Assembly: GCF_018977255.1 (NCBI RefSeq)
Contig: NW_024704743.1
Location: 13,952,001-14,016,000 of the forward strand
Reading direction: 5' to 3'
DNA from: Callorhinchus milii
Lineage: Eukaryota
DNA: 64,000 bases
The position numbers and the translations under genes are program-made. This document shows positions 1 to 14,500 of this stretch, in pieces. Within the stretch, counting starts at the first letter, position 1. Each line of letters begins with the position of its first letter. The notes beneath the pieces are model-generated. The model saw only the letters and a program-made list of their open reading frames with translations, was not told the origin of the DNA and made no database searches.

Positions 1-1059
1 TACATTAGGTTTCATTAAGTTGTGGCAAATGTATTGCTGAAAGTCATGTTTGATTATTGATACATGGAAAAGGAAAATTAGACATGCACTTCTTGCTGCT
101 TATTCCCAACTGACAGTGACTGATATATTTACTCAAATCTTTCAATTAAATTGCCAGCTTATCGGTAGATTCATGACTTTATACATTGAAATTTCCTGAA
201 ACCTTCATTCATATCTATATTTTTTCAAAAGAAAACAGGTCATAGCAGCAGCAGATTACATACCAACGGATACAAGCCTTTCTCTATGGGACTGTGTTTC
301 ATGAACCTTTAACATTTTCCCTTTCTGACTAAACTTCTTCCAGGAATTTAGAGGCCCCAGTGAAAGGTAATCAGTGCCGAAACCTATCTATCAAGAGAAA
401 AAGATTTTTGGAGTTAAAAAATAAATTTGAATTGAGGAGGAGAAAGATGTGTTCCAAGAATTGGTTTAGAAGCACAAATGGCACTGGGCTTGCACCACCA
501 TCCTTCAACTGCTCCAACTCTCTGTAGCAGTCTCGGTTGTCCAGTTCCTGAGACAAACAAGTCCACAATATTCTAAGGCATTGCTGATGACAGTCCAGCC
601 AGCCTGGCTAGTCAGTAGGATTTAGAAGGGTAGATCTGTCACTGGGGATAGAATTCTTCCCACTGATCTCCTGTTAACCCTGCAAGCCAAAGTCCCAACA
701 GGTAGGGTGGGCCCTGCTAGATCCTAGATGGTCTCTTGCTGGGCAGCACTTTCAATGGCAAGCTGAGTAGTTTTAGCTGGTTAAACTCCAGGTGTAAATA
801 AATAATAATCCTTGCATCCTATATTTTATGTTGAGAGAATGCTTCAAAGTGCTTTACAGGATTTACTCCTCTCCTTGCTTGGTGTCCAACCCTACCATTG
901 TATGGCGCTCTGAGATGCTATTCTCCATGAAGGGCACTATGTACATGAAACTTGTTGTTGCAGTGACTATGCATTCTGTAAATGTGAATTTGAGAACATT
1001 CCAAGTTTATTAATTTAAGCTTTGGTCAAATGAAACTTTGTATCTTTATTAGTAGCTTG

Positions 1060-1310
1060 AATTGGCGGCAGCCAATTTGCGTACAGCAGCATTCTATGAA
1101 CAGCCATGAAGTGAATGACCAATTTTATTTGGGGGACTGTTGGCGAGGGCACAGGGAGAATCTCCCTTCTCTTTTCAAATAATGCCATGGGATCTTTAAC
1201 ATCCACCTGCAAAGCCAGATGGGACCTTGGCTTAACATCTCATCCTAAATGCAGATCTCCAACAATGCAACGCAACAATGCATTGATGTGTCAGCCTAAA
1301 CTGCATTCAA
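1060..1310 (-). mobile_element. Old Deu-domain tRNA-SINE fragment
   Basis: ggcagccaatttgcg and tgccatgggatcttt..atccacctg; same family as 60065-60520. Confidence 0.75.
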
Positions 1311-1464
1311 ATTGCTGACATGGGGCACCACCCCAGTCATTTTTTCTGCATATAAGGAACTGTCTGGTTTAGATATTCTCAAGTCTGAAGTTATTCTTTA
1401 AGCAAGGGTTTCCCCTTGTGATTCCCCTGCTGACCAAAATTAAACAGACAGGGAGTACAGGATT

Positions 1465-1630
1465 TATAATAATACTAATCCTTGCATTTGACACAACGCC
1501 TTATCACATCATTGAAACGTCCCAAAGAATATTCTGTAGAGTGATTAGACTGTATATTTTGTGGGCAAAACACGGCAACCAATTGAGCACAGCAGTTTCC
1601 CACAAACACTTATGGATTGAGTGACGACAT
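1465..1630 (-). mobile_element. SINE 3' part (Deu segment + L2-type tail)
   Basis: aatccttgcatttga tail and cacaaac...gattgagtgac segment. Confidence 0.7.
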
Positions 1631-2411
1631 TTTTTTTTAAGGTTCACGGTTCTCAGGATTGCAGAATAGGAAGGGAAATCCTGTAAGGTACCTTAATTTA
1701 AAAAAAAGACATTTTAAACTGATATAATCACATGACACATCTGGATCCAGCTGAAAAGCTGAGCTGCAGAGCCTCACAATTCTTACAGAATATTCCCTCT
1801 GTACTCGGTCAGGTTTTTAAGACATGAAGTACTCACAAAATAAGTCAAAGGGATTGTGCAGTTTATGTATATGTACTCTCTGACCTCATGCTTTTGCCCC
1901 CTTTATAAATTGTGACTATAAGAACACCAAGCATGTTCCCTATTCAACTTAATTGTCACATAATCCTAAAAGTTATAAATAAAGGAAATGAATGTCTCAC
2001 AGCCTCCCATTATTGTGGTTTATTATGCTTTATAATAACTGGTAATAAGTAACCTGGAAATATAGCATAGAACTTCTCAAGGGACAATGTTTAACATGAG
2101 CAGCATGTTGAATGGAGACTGCATTAACCCTGCCCCCATTCACCTTAGCACTGGAACAGAGAGCATGGTGGAATGATACTGATGGTAAGGTTGGAAAAAA
2201 ATATTGTTCCTGTGACTTAGGACATCCTCCCGACGTGCAATACAAAATTACAATTACAATTGTAATTATGTATTGCGTTTTATTTAAGCAACAGGGGCAA
2301 CACATAAAGAGAAAAGAGACACAGGGAAACATTAGTAAGTCAGCAAGTATTGCTGTAGCCAAAATTTTAAAATGGACACAGACTCATTACTGTAATGGGG
2401 CTAGTTCTTAC

Positions 2412-2567
2412 CGTTCTAAATGTTTCCACTTCTGCTTGAACGTCCTGGATTTGTCGATCAGCCTGGGCCTGAACGGCTTTTCTTTGTAATTCCTGTTCTT
2501 CTAATGCCAACGCAGTCTGCTGTTCCTTGTCCTGCAGTAACACCCGATACTCAGCATGGCATTTGTC
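2412..2567 (-). CDS. GOLGA4: GOLGA4 exon 15 (DKCHAEYRVLLQDKEQQTALALEEQELQRK...AEVETFRT)
   Basis: Acceptor tctcacag, donor ACG|gtaaga; 156 nt. Confidence 0.92.
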
Positions 2568-5500
2568 CTGTGAGACATTGTACACAACATCTGAAAAGTT
2601 ATCTTATAACTTATAAGATCTGATAAAAAGAACATATTCTATATTAAAAAAGGGAGCAAAACTTCCCTCACATATTTTGATTGGTTTTGGATTAAATGCA
2701 GAGGTGATATATAAAATGTAATATAATTTCTCCTGCCCTCCTAACATAGATTCATACAAGGTCAGTAACAGGCCATTCAGCCAATCCAGGATGGCTGGCA
2801 CATTTTAGGAAGAGTATCTGTTACAAGCAAAACTTTGCACCGATTGCAACCAAGAGAAAATGTTGAATAAATAGAAAGTGAAGAAAGGCCCAGAAGCCCA
2901 TGGAGCCCATCCCTCTCATTCAACACTAACTACACTTCTCTGTCGTCTTCAGAGTCTTGTGTCCTGGTGGCGATTATTTTAAATCCCACACATGCAAACA
3001 ATACCAGAATGCCAGAGAGAGCGTTCACTGAGAAAGCCAAGCTCCCATCTCCACTTGTGTGCTTGCATATATTTTAACTGGCATAGACGTTGCATACAAT
3101 GGGTAAAGTCTACAAGTTGTCAATTTTTGGCATGTGAGCTTGAGGGAGCAGGCAGCCAACAAACTGAGCCAAAACATCTATAAAAGAAATTATGCCATAT
3201 ATTTTATAGGGATTAGAGCAGCAGTGGTGTTTAGCTACAATAAGACCAGGGTTTCAGTTCAGGAGAAATTTTCTGATCTCTTTGGTTTAATGGTGGGATT
3301 AAGAATTAATTAAAGTAGGTTGTTTCGGCTCCATCATACAAAATATGGAGGTCAATCCTTGAAAAACAATACAAGAGCACTGCCTATGAGCTGTGTGGAG
3401 ATACATACCAGAGCCATTTTTAGCTGTTCTTGAAACTCCTGCTGAGAAGTTTGCAGCTGTTGTTCACAGTCTTTCTCTTTGGAGGTCATTTTTTCCATGT
3501 GAACTTTCTCCAATTCTCCAATGCGATCTTCAGAGGTCTTCTACAGCAAAGGACAAATTCAGAAGTTAAGTACTCCTCAAAATACAGATCAGCATGGGAT
3601 AGGGCAACAGCTGCCCAGAAACTATGCTTTTCCTTCCTCTCCAATGTAATGTGATACAGTGCACCTGATACTTATTTCCTGCCATTCCATTATTTATTTT
3701 GGGAATTACATAAGAACTTCATTGTTTATCAGAACATGTATCACACAAACCAATTCCATTTAAATTCCATACATGGCATTGTAAAGGCCAATTTCCATTG
3801 TAGCTGTCCCTAACAAAAATCCAAGTGTCAGTGTAATACAGCAATATCCAAAGTATAGGAGTAGAGTATAATACATTCCATTGTTCAATTTTCAAGCTAT
3901 TCTGACTGAGTGCTGCTGGAGATTTGCCAAATGGAACAAGATCAGTTATTTGGTTCACTTTTACTGTCAAGTTATAGTCTATACAATAATACTTATAATT
4001 TGATAGTATCTTTCATGTCATCAATTCATCTTAAGGTGCTTCACAGGGTTTACTGTAAAGTGTAGGGACTGCGTATTTTGTACGAAAACTGTACATTACT
4101 GTTGAAATGAACTTCTCAGCATTGCTAAAGGCATTAGTCTCACAAGTAAAATGAAGCAAGTTGTAGATGCAAAAATGGGAAGGCTCCATGCTACTGCAAT
4201 ATCACCGCAAAGATGACAAAACTCAATGGTCAGCAAATGGGGGATCAGCTATAATAGCTGTTTGATTTTCTTTGGCAGGCAGAACAAACCGCGTAACTGG
4301 CAATAAACCATAGTGATTTTCTTTTGGAAGCAGACATTGCTTTAATTGCTTCACACATCATGTGATTTCCAAACTATCAACCCCTGCAAAGTCTTTGTGC
4401 TCAGCCTTGATCAGCAGAAATGTATATCTCCACTAAGCCTTGAACATAAAATTTTTTTGCTGGGAATTGGGCCACCAAACTTGTGTTAGCCCTCATTTAC
4501 AAAAGCAAAGCAGCTTATGTATCATGTTACTGTATTATGGAGTAGCACAGCATTGCTCATTTGCACACTAGTTGATGTTAAAATGCCTTCACGTAATATT
4601 GTCCAATTTTTCAAAACATTAGATAAAATGTATTGTTGCATGTTCAATGAAATCAAGATGCTCTACAGGAAACCAGAATACTTCAGATTTTCATTAGATT
4701 CATTTTTCATATTCCTGTGTAAATCTAATGGAATACACATGAGAATTTCAATGTTGAACCTTTGCTGACAAAAGTAATGTCCACAGTATACCAACGCTTT
4801 TGGTGATTCTCAAAATGCAATGGAACACTCATTTAATATTTCATAGGGCTCTATGAATTAAACCAGGTTCACTCCTGAATTGTGATTAGATTTGAATCTA
4901 AACACTAAAGTACACATACTCCCACAGCACTGTTGAATTCAACTGAACAACAACATTTCATTTATAGAGTGCCTTTCACGTCGGGAGGACGTCCCAAGGC
5001 GCTGGACAGTTGGGTCGGGACTTGAGCAGGGGGGAAATGGTCAGGGTGAGGGGAGGGAGGGAGCGAGGAGGGGGTAGAGAGTCGAGAGGGGAGCTGAAGC
5101 TACGGTCGAAGAGAAAAAGGGCTAAAACTTGGCAAATATTGATCAAGAAACTGAATCAGTTTGGACTAGTTACAGAAGAGAATTCACATACTTTGCCAAA
5201 ACTCTATGGCCAATGAATTGAGTCAGTAGTTGCATGCTATTTTTAGTTGAGATAATATGGATCTGTTAAATAAAACAGGTGTCACAAGCAACTACATATG
5301 ACCTCCAAATAAATGAGAGAGCCCAAAAAGAGCCCGAACTTTTAACCCACGTGAGTATTTAGAAATTTATCTGAGAGTCTTGACCTGCAGGTCAAGATCA
5401 AGGGTCTATTTTTGCTAATAGTGTGTGATACAGGGACAAATACGCACACCAATGTAAATGTTACTACCAAACCCGTGTATGATCTTGTAGCCATATTAAG

Positions 5501-8500
5501 ATCTGCCCATTTGAAGTTTGCATGATCCTAAAAATGTAGCCGATTTTACAGATTTGAGAACTGCAAGAGATTGCCCTAGTTGCATCCAACACAGAGCTGT
5601 CAGTGACTCCAAGAGGAGATACTTAGTGTTGTCAAGGTGCACATTACTACAGAGTTGTCATGCACATGCTAGCAGATTTGGCAATGAATTGGGAAAGACC
5701 AAGTTGCCTGCTCACCCTTGTAACTGAGAAATATTTTATTGTCTCAATGGAGTGGGAAAGAAAGAGTAAGATCATCATTTCTTGCAACACATTATTGATT
5801 TTGTCATTGAGCTTACATCCTCTCGTCATTCACTGTTCTCCAAATTCATTTTGAAAACAGCCATTAGGAAATGCATGAAAGTGATTTTTTTCCTTCTCTT
5901 ACTCCCTTGAGAGCTATATCGAATGCAAGGATTGTTGATTGTTGTTACATGTCCCACGAATGTTAGTTCAAATGCTAGATTGTTAGTAATCTTGTTGTTG
6001 TAAATTCAACTGTGTCCTCAGAGTTAAATGCATGGAAGGCGCTATATAAATGCAAGTTGTTGTTAAACTATTGAAGGAATCAAAGCCACCAAAAAGCATT
6101 ATTCTACATAAACAATTCAAGCCAACCTTTGGATTGGAGATAAGAGAAAAACCTTTCATTTCTATTGTGCTTTGTTGAAAACATGGAGAACTTCACAGAT
6201 CATTACTGTTAAATTAAATGTTTTTCTAAGCAAACCTGTTGTCTTACCTTCATTATATTAACAACTTCCTGTTTAACTCGTGTGAGCTCCTGTTGCAAGT
6301 TCCTCCGTTCTTCTTCGCTTGCTTTCTCTATAGCTTCTATTCGGTTTTTATTTTCTTCCTTCATTCTTTTACATTTCTCTTCAGCTTTCTGAGCTTTAGC
6401 CAGTGCTTTCTCTAGCTCTTCAAACGCTAGGGCAAATCAAAGAAAATTCAACATTTAGACCAGGCATGTCAATACAGTACGTAAGCAGACCACCAAACAT
6501 GTCAAAGCCGTACAGAAGCGAAAATAATCAATTCCAATTTTAAGCTTTTTGCAGCTCAAAGCTCCTAACACTTAGGTTACAATATGTCATTGGCTTTTCA
6601 GCATCAGGACAAGAGATCAATTTGATCAAGTTACTTCAATTGGCAGCTACCAAATGTTTATCCACCATTAAAAGTTGACAAGTACCAAATAATACTCATA
6701 GGAGTGATTCAGTAAAAGTACACATGCACACATTCAAGTTAGATTTTGCATGGTATATTTGACAGCGTGGAAAGGAATCAAGAGCAAGAGTTAAATACTA
6801 GTTGATATCAACACTATCTTATAAATGGATCATTAAAAACTATATAGTCATCCAGTTTCAAAATTAGTCAATGATTTTCTAACTAGCAAATGTAAGCTTG
6901 TGATAGCGCAAGATTCCTCCCCTCTTTTAATGTATGAGACGCCTTCCAGCATGGAGGGCGCTATATAAATCCAAGTTGTTGTTGTAGTTGTTGATAGAAT
7001 TTACTCCTAAGCATTCTAGATCAAATTGTGCCTTAATGTTAAATGTAAAAAAGTTTATAACACCAGTAACTATCATTTTTAAGTGATTCCTGTAAATTAT
7101 GACTGATAACTAGAAAGTGAGCTGAACTTGCCTTTTAGCTGTAAAATTGTAAAACTCTCATTAAGGGGATTGAATTTGATTTTTGCTCATTCATTTGAAT
7201 AGCTGTAAGTCTGTGCACCACGAGTTATCTAATGCCAATTCACCAATGCCATTCTCCGAGTCAGGTCAAAAGCACTTTCTGCAGTACACATTCATCAAGC
7301 TGGACATTTGCTTTGCAAGTTGTATAATTTTCTTCCCAGACATGACTTTCTATTTGTAATTTACACATGAAGGGTCTTCAACAATATATCTGTTAGGTTT
7401 ATTATTGATATCAGTAAAAATACCTATGTTTGATTGCAGCTTTCAGACCTAGAGGGACAGCAGAAACTTGCGATATTTTGTGAGACTACATGAACAGAAG
7501 AATCATTGCTGGGAAGACACTCGTCACATTTGAACTGACAAGAGCACGAGATGTCAATAGATAATCCATGGTATCTTTGTAATGCATAAAAATAATTGCT
7601 ATCACAAATCCTGAATATGGCCAGAAACTGTGTTTCTTTGTAGTTTTAGAATTTTCAATTATGCCATATTAAGTTTTACCAAAATGTTTCCAAAATACAA
7701 CTACTGCAAAAGTTTTAAGTTCAATATTATGTTATGAGATTTTGCACTGAACTGAAAAGTATATTTAAATATATTTAAAAATAACCAGTCTGCGGAGGCA
7801 GCAATGAAGACAAATCACTCATTAATATTCCTTATATTTCTGAATAATCTGCTCTTTGAGCAAACATAAATATATGGTATTGTAGTTTAATCAACTAACT
7901 AGTAGGAGAAACTATACAGAAGATTATACAAAATGATATAAAATGTTACAGCATAGAAATGAGCCATTTGGTCCAACTAGTCCATACCGGTATTTATGAG
8001 AGCATACATCCCTCCTCCAAACCCCCAGTTCTGACGAAGGGTCGTGGACCCGAAACGTTGACTCACTTTCCTTTCTCTATAGATGCTGCCTGACCTGCTG
8101 AGTTTTCCCAGCTCTCTGTGTTTTTGTTTCCCTCTCAACATGTATTTATCTAATTTCCTCATAAACACATTGATGCTTTCTGGTTCAAACACAGCTTTTG
8201 GTAGTGAGCTCTACATTTTTACCACCATCTGTGGAAAAAACTTCCTCTTAAACTCCTTTTTAGAGCTGCTCCTGGCATTCTTATATTTATTATTATTATT
8301 TATGCACCTCTGTTTTGTACCTGTCAAAAATAGGTAGAAACAGCCTATTTATGTCCACAGCGTCGAAGAAGCCCATTCGGCTCATCGTGTCTATGCTGGC
8401 TCGTCAAAAACAAGCAGAAACAGGCTATTTATTCCCACCTCATTGAATTCTTTCATAATTTTCCAGGCATCTGTCAAACCATTCTGCTACCTCTCCTATG

Positions 8501-11500
8501 ACTCCACATGCCCCACTTTTAGTCATGAGTCTCTAATGTCTCATAGACTGGAAGAACTGGACTTTTTCCAATGGAACAAGTTGAGGGGTGATCTGATAGC
8601 GGTCTTTAAAATTATGAGGGGTTTTGGTAGCCAATAGGGAGAAATTATTTTCACTGGCTAGTAAGTCAATGACTAGAGGGTATCCATTTTAAGATAGTGA
8701 TTAAACAAACAAATGGGGAGAATTGTTTTCATGCATAGAGTAGTTAGGAGACGGAATACTCAGTGGTGGTTGAGGTAGAATCCATATTAGCTTTCAATAG
8801 GGAACTAGAAAAATATCTAAAAAGGAATAAGCTACATGGCAAAGGGCAAGTAAGGATTGGGTCTGGGGCTGAAAGGGTTGCTTTTAAAAGAGCCAGCACC
8901 GACACGATGGGGCGAATGGATTTCTTCTGTGCTGTAAGCCTCTACTGTTTCTACGTGGCACCTTATCAAAGACCGCTGGAAGTCTATGTACACTACATGC
9001 AATGCATTTCCCCTTATTTACTTTATCTGTTATTTCTTTAAAGAATTCAATGACCTTCCTTCTATACATCCATGCTGGTTACTGTCAATCATACTCCGCT
9101 TAAGATGCTTAGTTACTTTAGTTTTTATTGCAGATCTGACCAAAAACTTGCAACACAGCTTTTAAAAAAAATCAAAAAGCAAAAGAAACAAAGTACGCAT
9201 CAGGAGATAGCACTACTGATTTTTTTTTGAAAACTTAGTTCACTTCATTTGTCTTTATGGAATTTATACTTGATCAGCATTAAAATGGCAATGGAGAGAG
9301 CAAGTCTTCAAAACATTTTCTATTGGTTTTAAATGACTCAAGCCACACCCTCAGTAAACTGGAATTATTACTTGCCTTGCAACCATCCAGAAAATACTAC
9401 ACCTATCTATGGATGTATATGTACATATGTGTGTGTGTGCATATGTGTCTGTCTGTCTCACAGAATTCAATGAAATCACTAAAGAATTAATATAAGAGAC
9501 ATCGATGGCCAAAGAAACCAACGGAGTCAGACAAATACCTGAAATCAAGAGATTTGCTTCTGCCAGACCAGCTAGTTGGCAACTACTTGTCTTAAAATGC
9601 AAGCTGTGAAGTGGAATGGCCTGCTGCCAAGTGCCATATTTGGCCACCCACTAACCCATGAAATCTCTCCTGTATACCCAATATTCAAGAGAGTTCCAAA
9701 TGCCTCTATAATAGCCCAAGCAGCCACCTCCCAGTAAACGAATAAGCAATGGCATTGCAATAAAAACCGTGCAGGGAAAACCACTGCCAAGGATTAGGAT
9801 ATCTTCTACAAAAAAAGATTTTTTTGTTTTCTGTTTTTTTTATTTTGGAATCAGGAAGTGTTGCATGTTGAAAGTATTCTATTGCTTTCAATTGTCAAAG
9901 ATTGAAGACTTTATAGCAAACAAGGCAAAGTGTCCAATCTCAGAATTTTCAGATGATCTCAAACCGCGTTTGAAATTTAAAATCATAAGGCATCAATTGT
10001 ACAAAAATGCCCCAAACAAACTCCATAATCTTGCTCCAAAGTTCATACAAGAGCTCAAGTTTGCAGGACTTTCTTCTAGTAGGAAAATGTCACTTCTAAA
10101 ATGTTTAACTGGAAGGGAAATTTAGAGTAGAATCCTGCAAAAGTCCAATGTGGGCTCTGAAAAAGTTCTTACAGAAAACAATTGAAAAACATTATACTTG
10201 GGTTTTAATACACAATGCTAAATAATCTGGTTTGCTAGACATTTGAATCCTAGGGAGCTTAAGAATGCAAAATGAGTGCCAGGTTTTTAAAGAAAATTAA
10301 AAAGGTGTCAGAGTAACTCTGCCTTCATACTCTGAAGAATTTGCAACTAGTGAAGTTGGTTTATTATCCAAAATAAAAGTTGATGGAAGAGAGATATCTG
10401 ATCTAATATTTGTAAAAATTAGTGAAGTATTCATTTAAAAAAAGCATACGATAAAAAAGGTAAATGGATTATGTTTCCATATTTAAACTTTTACAAATAA
10501 ATCATAGAATACATACCACAAAAAAGTGCAAAAACTAAGGACCTGGCTGTATATTGCTCAAGCTCTCAGGCAAGAAGAATTGCATAGCATCAGGAACACC
10601 ACAAAATGGAGAAGTGAAAGTAACCAAATCACCATTTTTAGTGCTTTGCCTAGATTTTGTTTACAATTAAGCAGCCCAAAGATGTGAATCATGTTGGATT
10701 ACATCATTGCATAAATTTTCCCTTTAGGTTACTACAGTAAACCTCACATAAATACATAAATCATATCAGTTAAGACCATACATTTAATATGACTTACACA
10801 AAGTATGAGTTATGTCAAACTTGTATAGAATATAAACGCTGAAATGGGACTTGGTAGCTGTATGACAAGCGATTATACATATCAGACTTATATGGGTTTT
10901 ACTGTATAATTAAAATAATATGTACCTCTACCCTCTCCTCCCAAACATTAATTTCATGACTACTGTTCATTTCAGTTTCAGACATGGTTTGAGATCATCT
11001 GAAAGTTTTGTGTCCATCTAAAACAGGAGCATGGAACAAGGTAGATTGTTCTTATTAACATCTATTTAGAAAACTACAAAATTTGACTGATGATCTGGAA
11101 TTGTATTAATATATTAGGTATATGAAAAGTGAATGGCCAACTCCCATAAAGCTGTAGCTGGTTACAAGACTACAAATATTTAAAATGCCCAATCTTCACA
11201 ATCACATTGAAACAATTTCAATCTGTATCAATCTGTAGCAAAACAAGTCATCTATTTAATGGTGGATTCCACAGGAGCAGTAAACACGCCTGATGCCAAT
11301 ACTATTGTTAAATTGGGAAATTAAAGATTCAAATACCATTTATCATTCTGGCTTTCTAAATGTTTATTGAATTTCACCTCAGTGCCCTTTTCCCATTCTG
11401 GCTTGAAAATAATTTTCTTTGCCAGCTCTGTTCTGCTTAGAAAACCATTAACAAAGTCCTAATAGAATCCAATATTTTATTCTTCAAAAGAAAAAAGATA

Positions 11501-14500
11501 AATTTGGGCATTATCGGGAGGGTTGGGGAACAATTCAGAGATCTAAAAAGGAACTTATTATCCAGAGGGCTTTGCCAAAAACATGAGGCTTAGCCAAAAG
11601 TTTCAACAAAATAAGATTTTTTTTAAAATTGCACAAAAGTCAATTTTGAATGGTTTTCAATCCAAATTTGTGAAACAATGATTTTCCCTGTAGTTTTTTT
11701 AAAAGTTTGATATAAATCAAAAATTATCAAAACATATTTAATTTATCCAGTAATTATAATCTGTCAGTACATTTCCTGAAACCTTAAAGGTCCATTTCAA
11801 AAGCTGACATATTGCATACCATCTTCCACCAACATTAAGTGCCACTAGAAGTGCCATGCAAGCCCAAAATACCGTGATTTCCTTTTGGAATTATTTCCTC
11901 AGCATATTGCATTCAATGTAGTAATTACATTGGGACTGCTTCCCAAATACTGTATGGAGTTCATAAATCATCCAAGGTATCCAATCAAGAGCTCTTACAT
12001 ACAGTCATGAACTTGACCCCTATAAGGGGTGGATGCTAGTATAAAATTACTACCTTGAATTTACAATATAAAACTGGCAGATATAATTTGCATTCTTAGT
12101 TAAATTTGGTTTCTAAATTTGCAAAGTAAAGAGAGCAATGGAATTAAGACAAATACTCAGATTACATTTTAGGCGTAGGTGATATTTTCCCATATCTATA
12201 AGCAAGGTGACGAGCTCTTGTAGCATCCTAGATCCATCTCCTCTAAAGTCATTTACAATACTAAAAGGCAATTAAGCTCAACATGCAGAAGACATAACTT
12301 TATTGCATAACGGCCACTGACAGACGAGCTGGATTTTAGCTTTCTTTATGATAAAAGCAGCATTTATCTATGAAACAAAGCAAGCAACAATGACTAAATT
12401 CCAAACATATAAAATCACATAAAGTTAAAAACTATGAATCTCAGGCAATTTTGCTCCTATACAGTTAGGCTTTTTTTCCCTGAAATACTGGGGCATATTA
12501 TTATTATACTGGGTCTAGTTATTTATTAATTAAAAATAATTCAGTCACAGGAATTTTCTGCATGATAAAACAATACAATTTCAAAGCACATAAAAATCTT
12601 TTTCATTGGATTATAGATCTGCCTTTACAGCAATTACTTGTGTTGCATAAGTGAGTAAATTACTCTGTTAAAGGATCAATCTGCTCTATAATATAATTAT
12701 ATATAATTATAATATAATTCTGTTAAAATGACCAACATTTAGAAAAATGTTCCTCTACATGGAGTTTTAGTTAGCAAAGTGCCATCATGTCTCCTCCATT
12801 GCTTTCAAACATCTGCATCCAACTAGCTAATGTACACCGACCACCGTGACAAGTTGCACTCTTTCCAGGCAGTTTGAATGTCTTCTGGAGCAGTGAAATG
12901 TGTATTGAATTCCGATGTGCCTTGTGGTGTCATCGGTTAGATTGAACCTGATAGTATGTTGGTTTTGGTAGAGATTTGGTATAACGTCAAGTCTACATAC
13001 AAATGATATTTGGCACTTTTCAGGCAAGTACTTTCCAATAAACCTTAAAGTTTGTAAAATTTAAAGCATAATTGGGGGTGAGGGAGAAGAAAAGATAGGG
13101 AGGCAGAGGAGTTGATCAATCATATTTTTGTGTGGTTTGTCATGAAATATTCCTGCTGCTATTGTTGTGTAAAGAAATTACACATAAACAAATTAATCTA
13201 TAATTCTGCCTTATGCGCACTTATAGGTATTAATGGGTAATTTGATGTTGCTTTTTTGTCAGCAGTCTTCTCTAGAATTTCAAAATATAGCGATCTTTGA
13301 TAGACTCCATAGGTTTACATTTTAAACATATCTGGATATTTTGTTTGATATTTTATGCTTAGCATTAAATAGACATACTGGACCACCATTGGAAAGTAGT
13401 AAAATGTTCATGTACACCATTTTACTTGGGTTTAACTATTACTGGAATGTTGCAGGTCCACATTTCTTCCACTGGAGGCACTCAATGAGCAAATACAGTA
13501 AAACATCACCTTGCTGCAACATTTTAAGTTACTGCTTAAGGTCTTGTAGTTTTAGAATAATTCTATATAAATGAAAATAAGGACTGAACTTAGATTTGTA
13601 GAATATATCACCCTTTGTGTACACAGTAATAATGCAAATGTTTCACTTTAAAAACATCTAAAACTCTGCCTAGGTTTTAAACCTGGACCATGAGTCAGAC
13701 ACAAATACATTGCCCATAGCTAAACAGATAAAATCTTACCAATATTATTTATCTGACTGATCATCCCATTTGAAAGTCATATTTTCAATTATTTCAGAGA
13801 ATTGGAATTTCCAATGAAGGAATTGTTAGAACCAAATATACAGAAATCTGAAGCAATTGCCTGAGAAGCATAGGATTTACTCTTGAGTGCAGTGCAAGTA
13901 CCATGGAGTGTAATAAAGAAAAGCCCTTACCCCAGTCCTGTTCATACAAGGCTTGGGAAAGGCACCATGATTCACTTATTGGCATGCGTGGATGTACAGA
14001 AATAAAATGCCGTGTAAGATTTCTGCGCAATGAAGCTCAAAGCTAAGTAGAAATCTAGTAGTATCTTTTATGTTGTAAGTTAAGAAAAAATAACTTTGTA
14101 CATCTATCTGCCCATTTATCCATCTAACTATCTTAAACAAGAATTACTTCTAAATATTTGCTTTTTCTATACTTCCAACATTTTTGTTACAACTACCAAT
14201 ATCTAGAAATCTGGAACAAAACCTTTGACAATGTTTGCTTTGGTCAAACACCTTTAACAAATCAAATGGTTTGTTGAACTGTAGAGTTGGTATATACATA
14301 TGTGGTGCATAAAATGTGAAGTTTTAAAATGGGAATTTAATTAGCTGTGGTAAATATTAAATAACCTCCCTGGGAAACGTTTATTCAAACGAAAATGATC
14401 AAATTGTGCAATTTTTAAACTTCAATAAAAATTACTTCTGAACCTTTCTCTCTCCCAATGATGTGGATGTAAGGAAATTACACACCACAGAAACATCACA

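Noticed and set aside
1..2400. Search for the next (large) GOLGA4 exon
   Set aside because: No long coiled-coil reading frame found; it presumably lies left of the window
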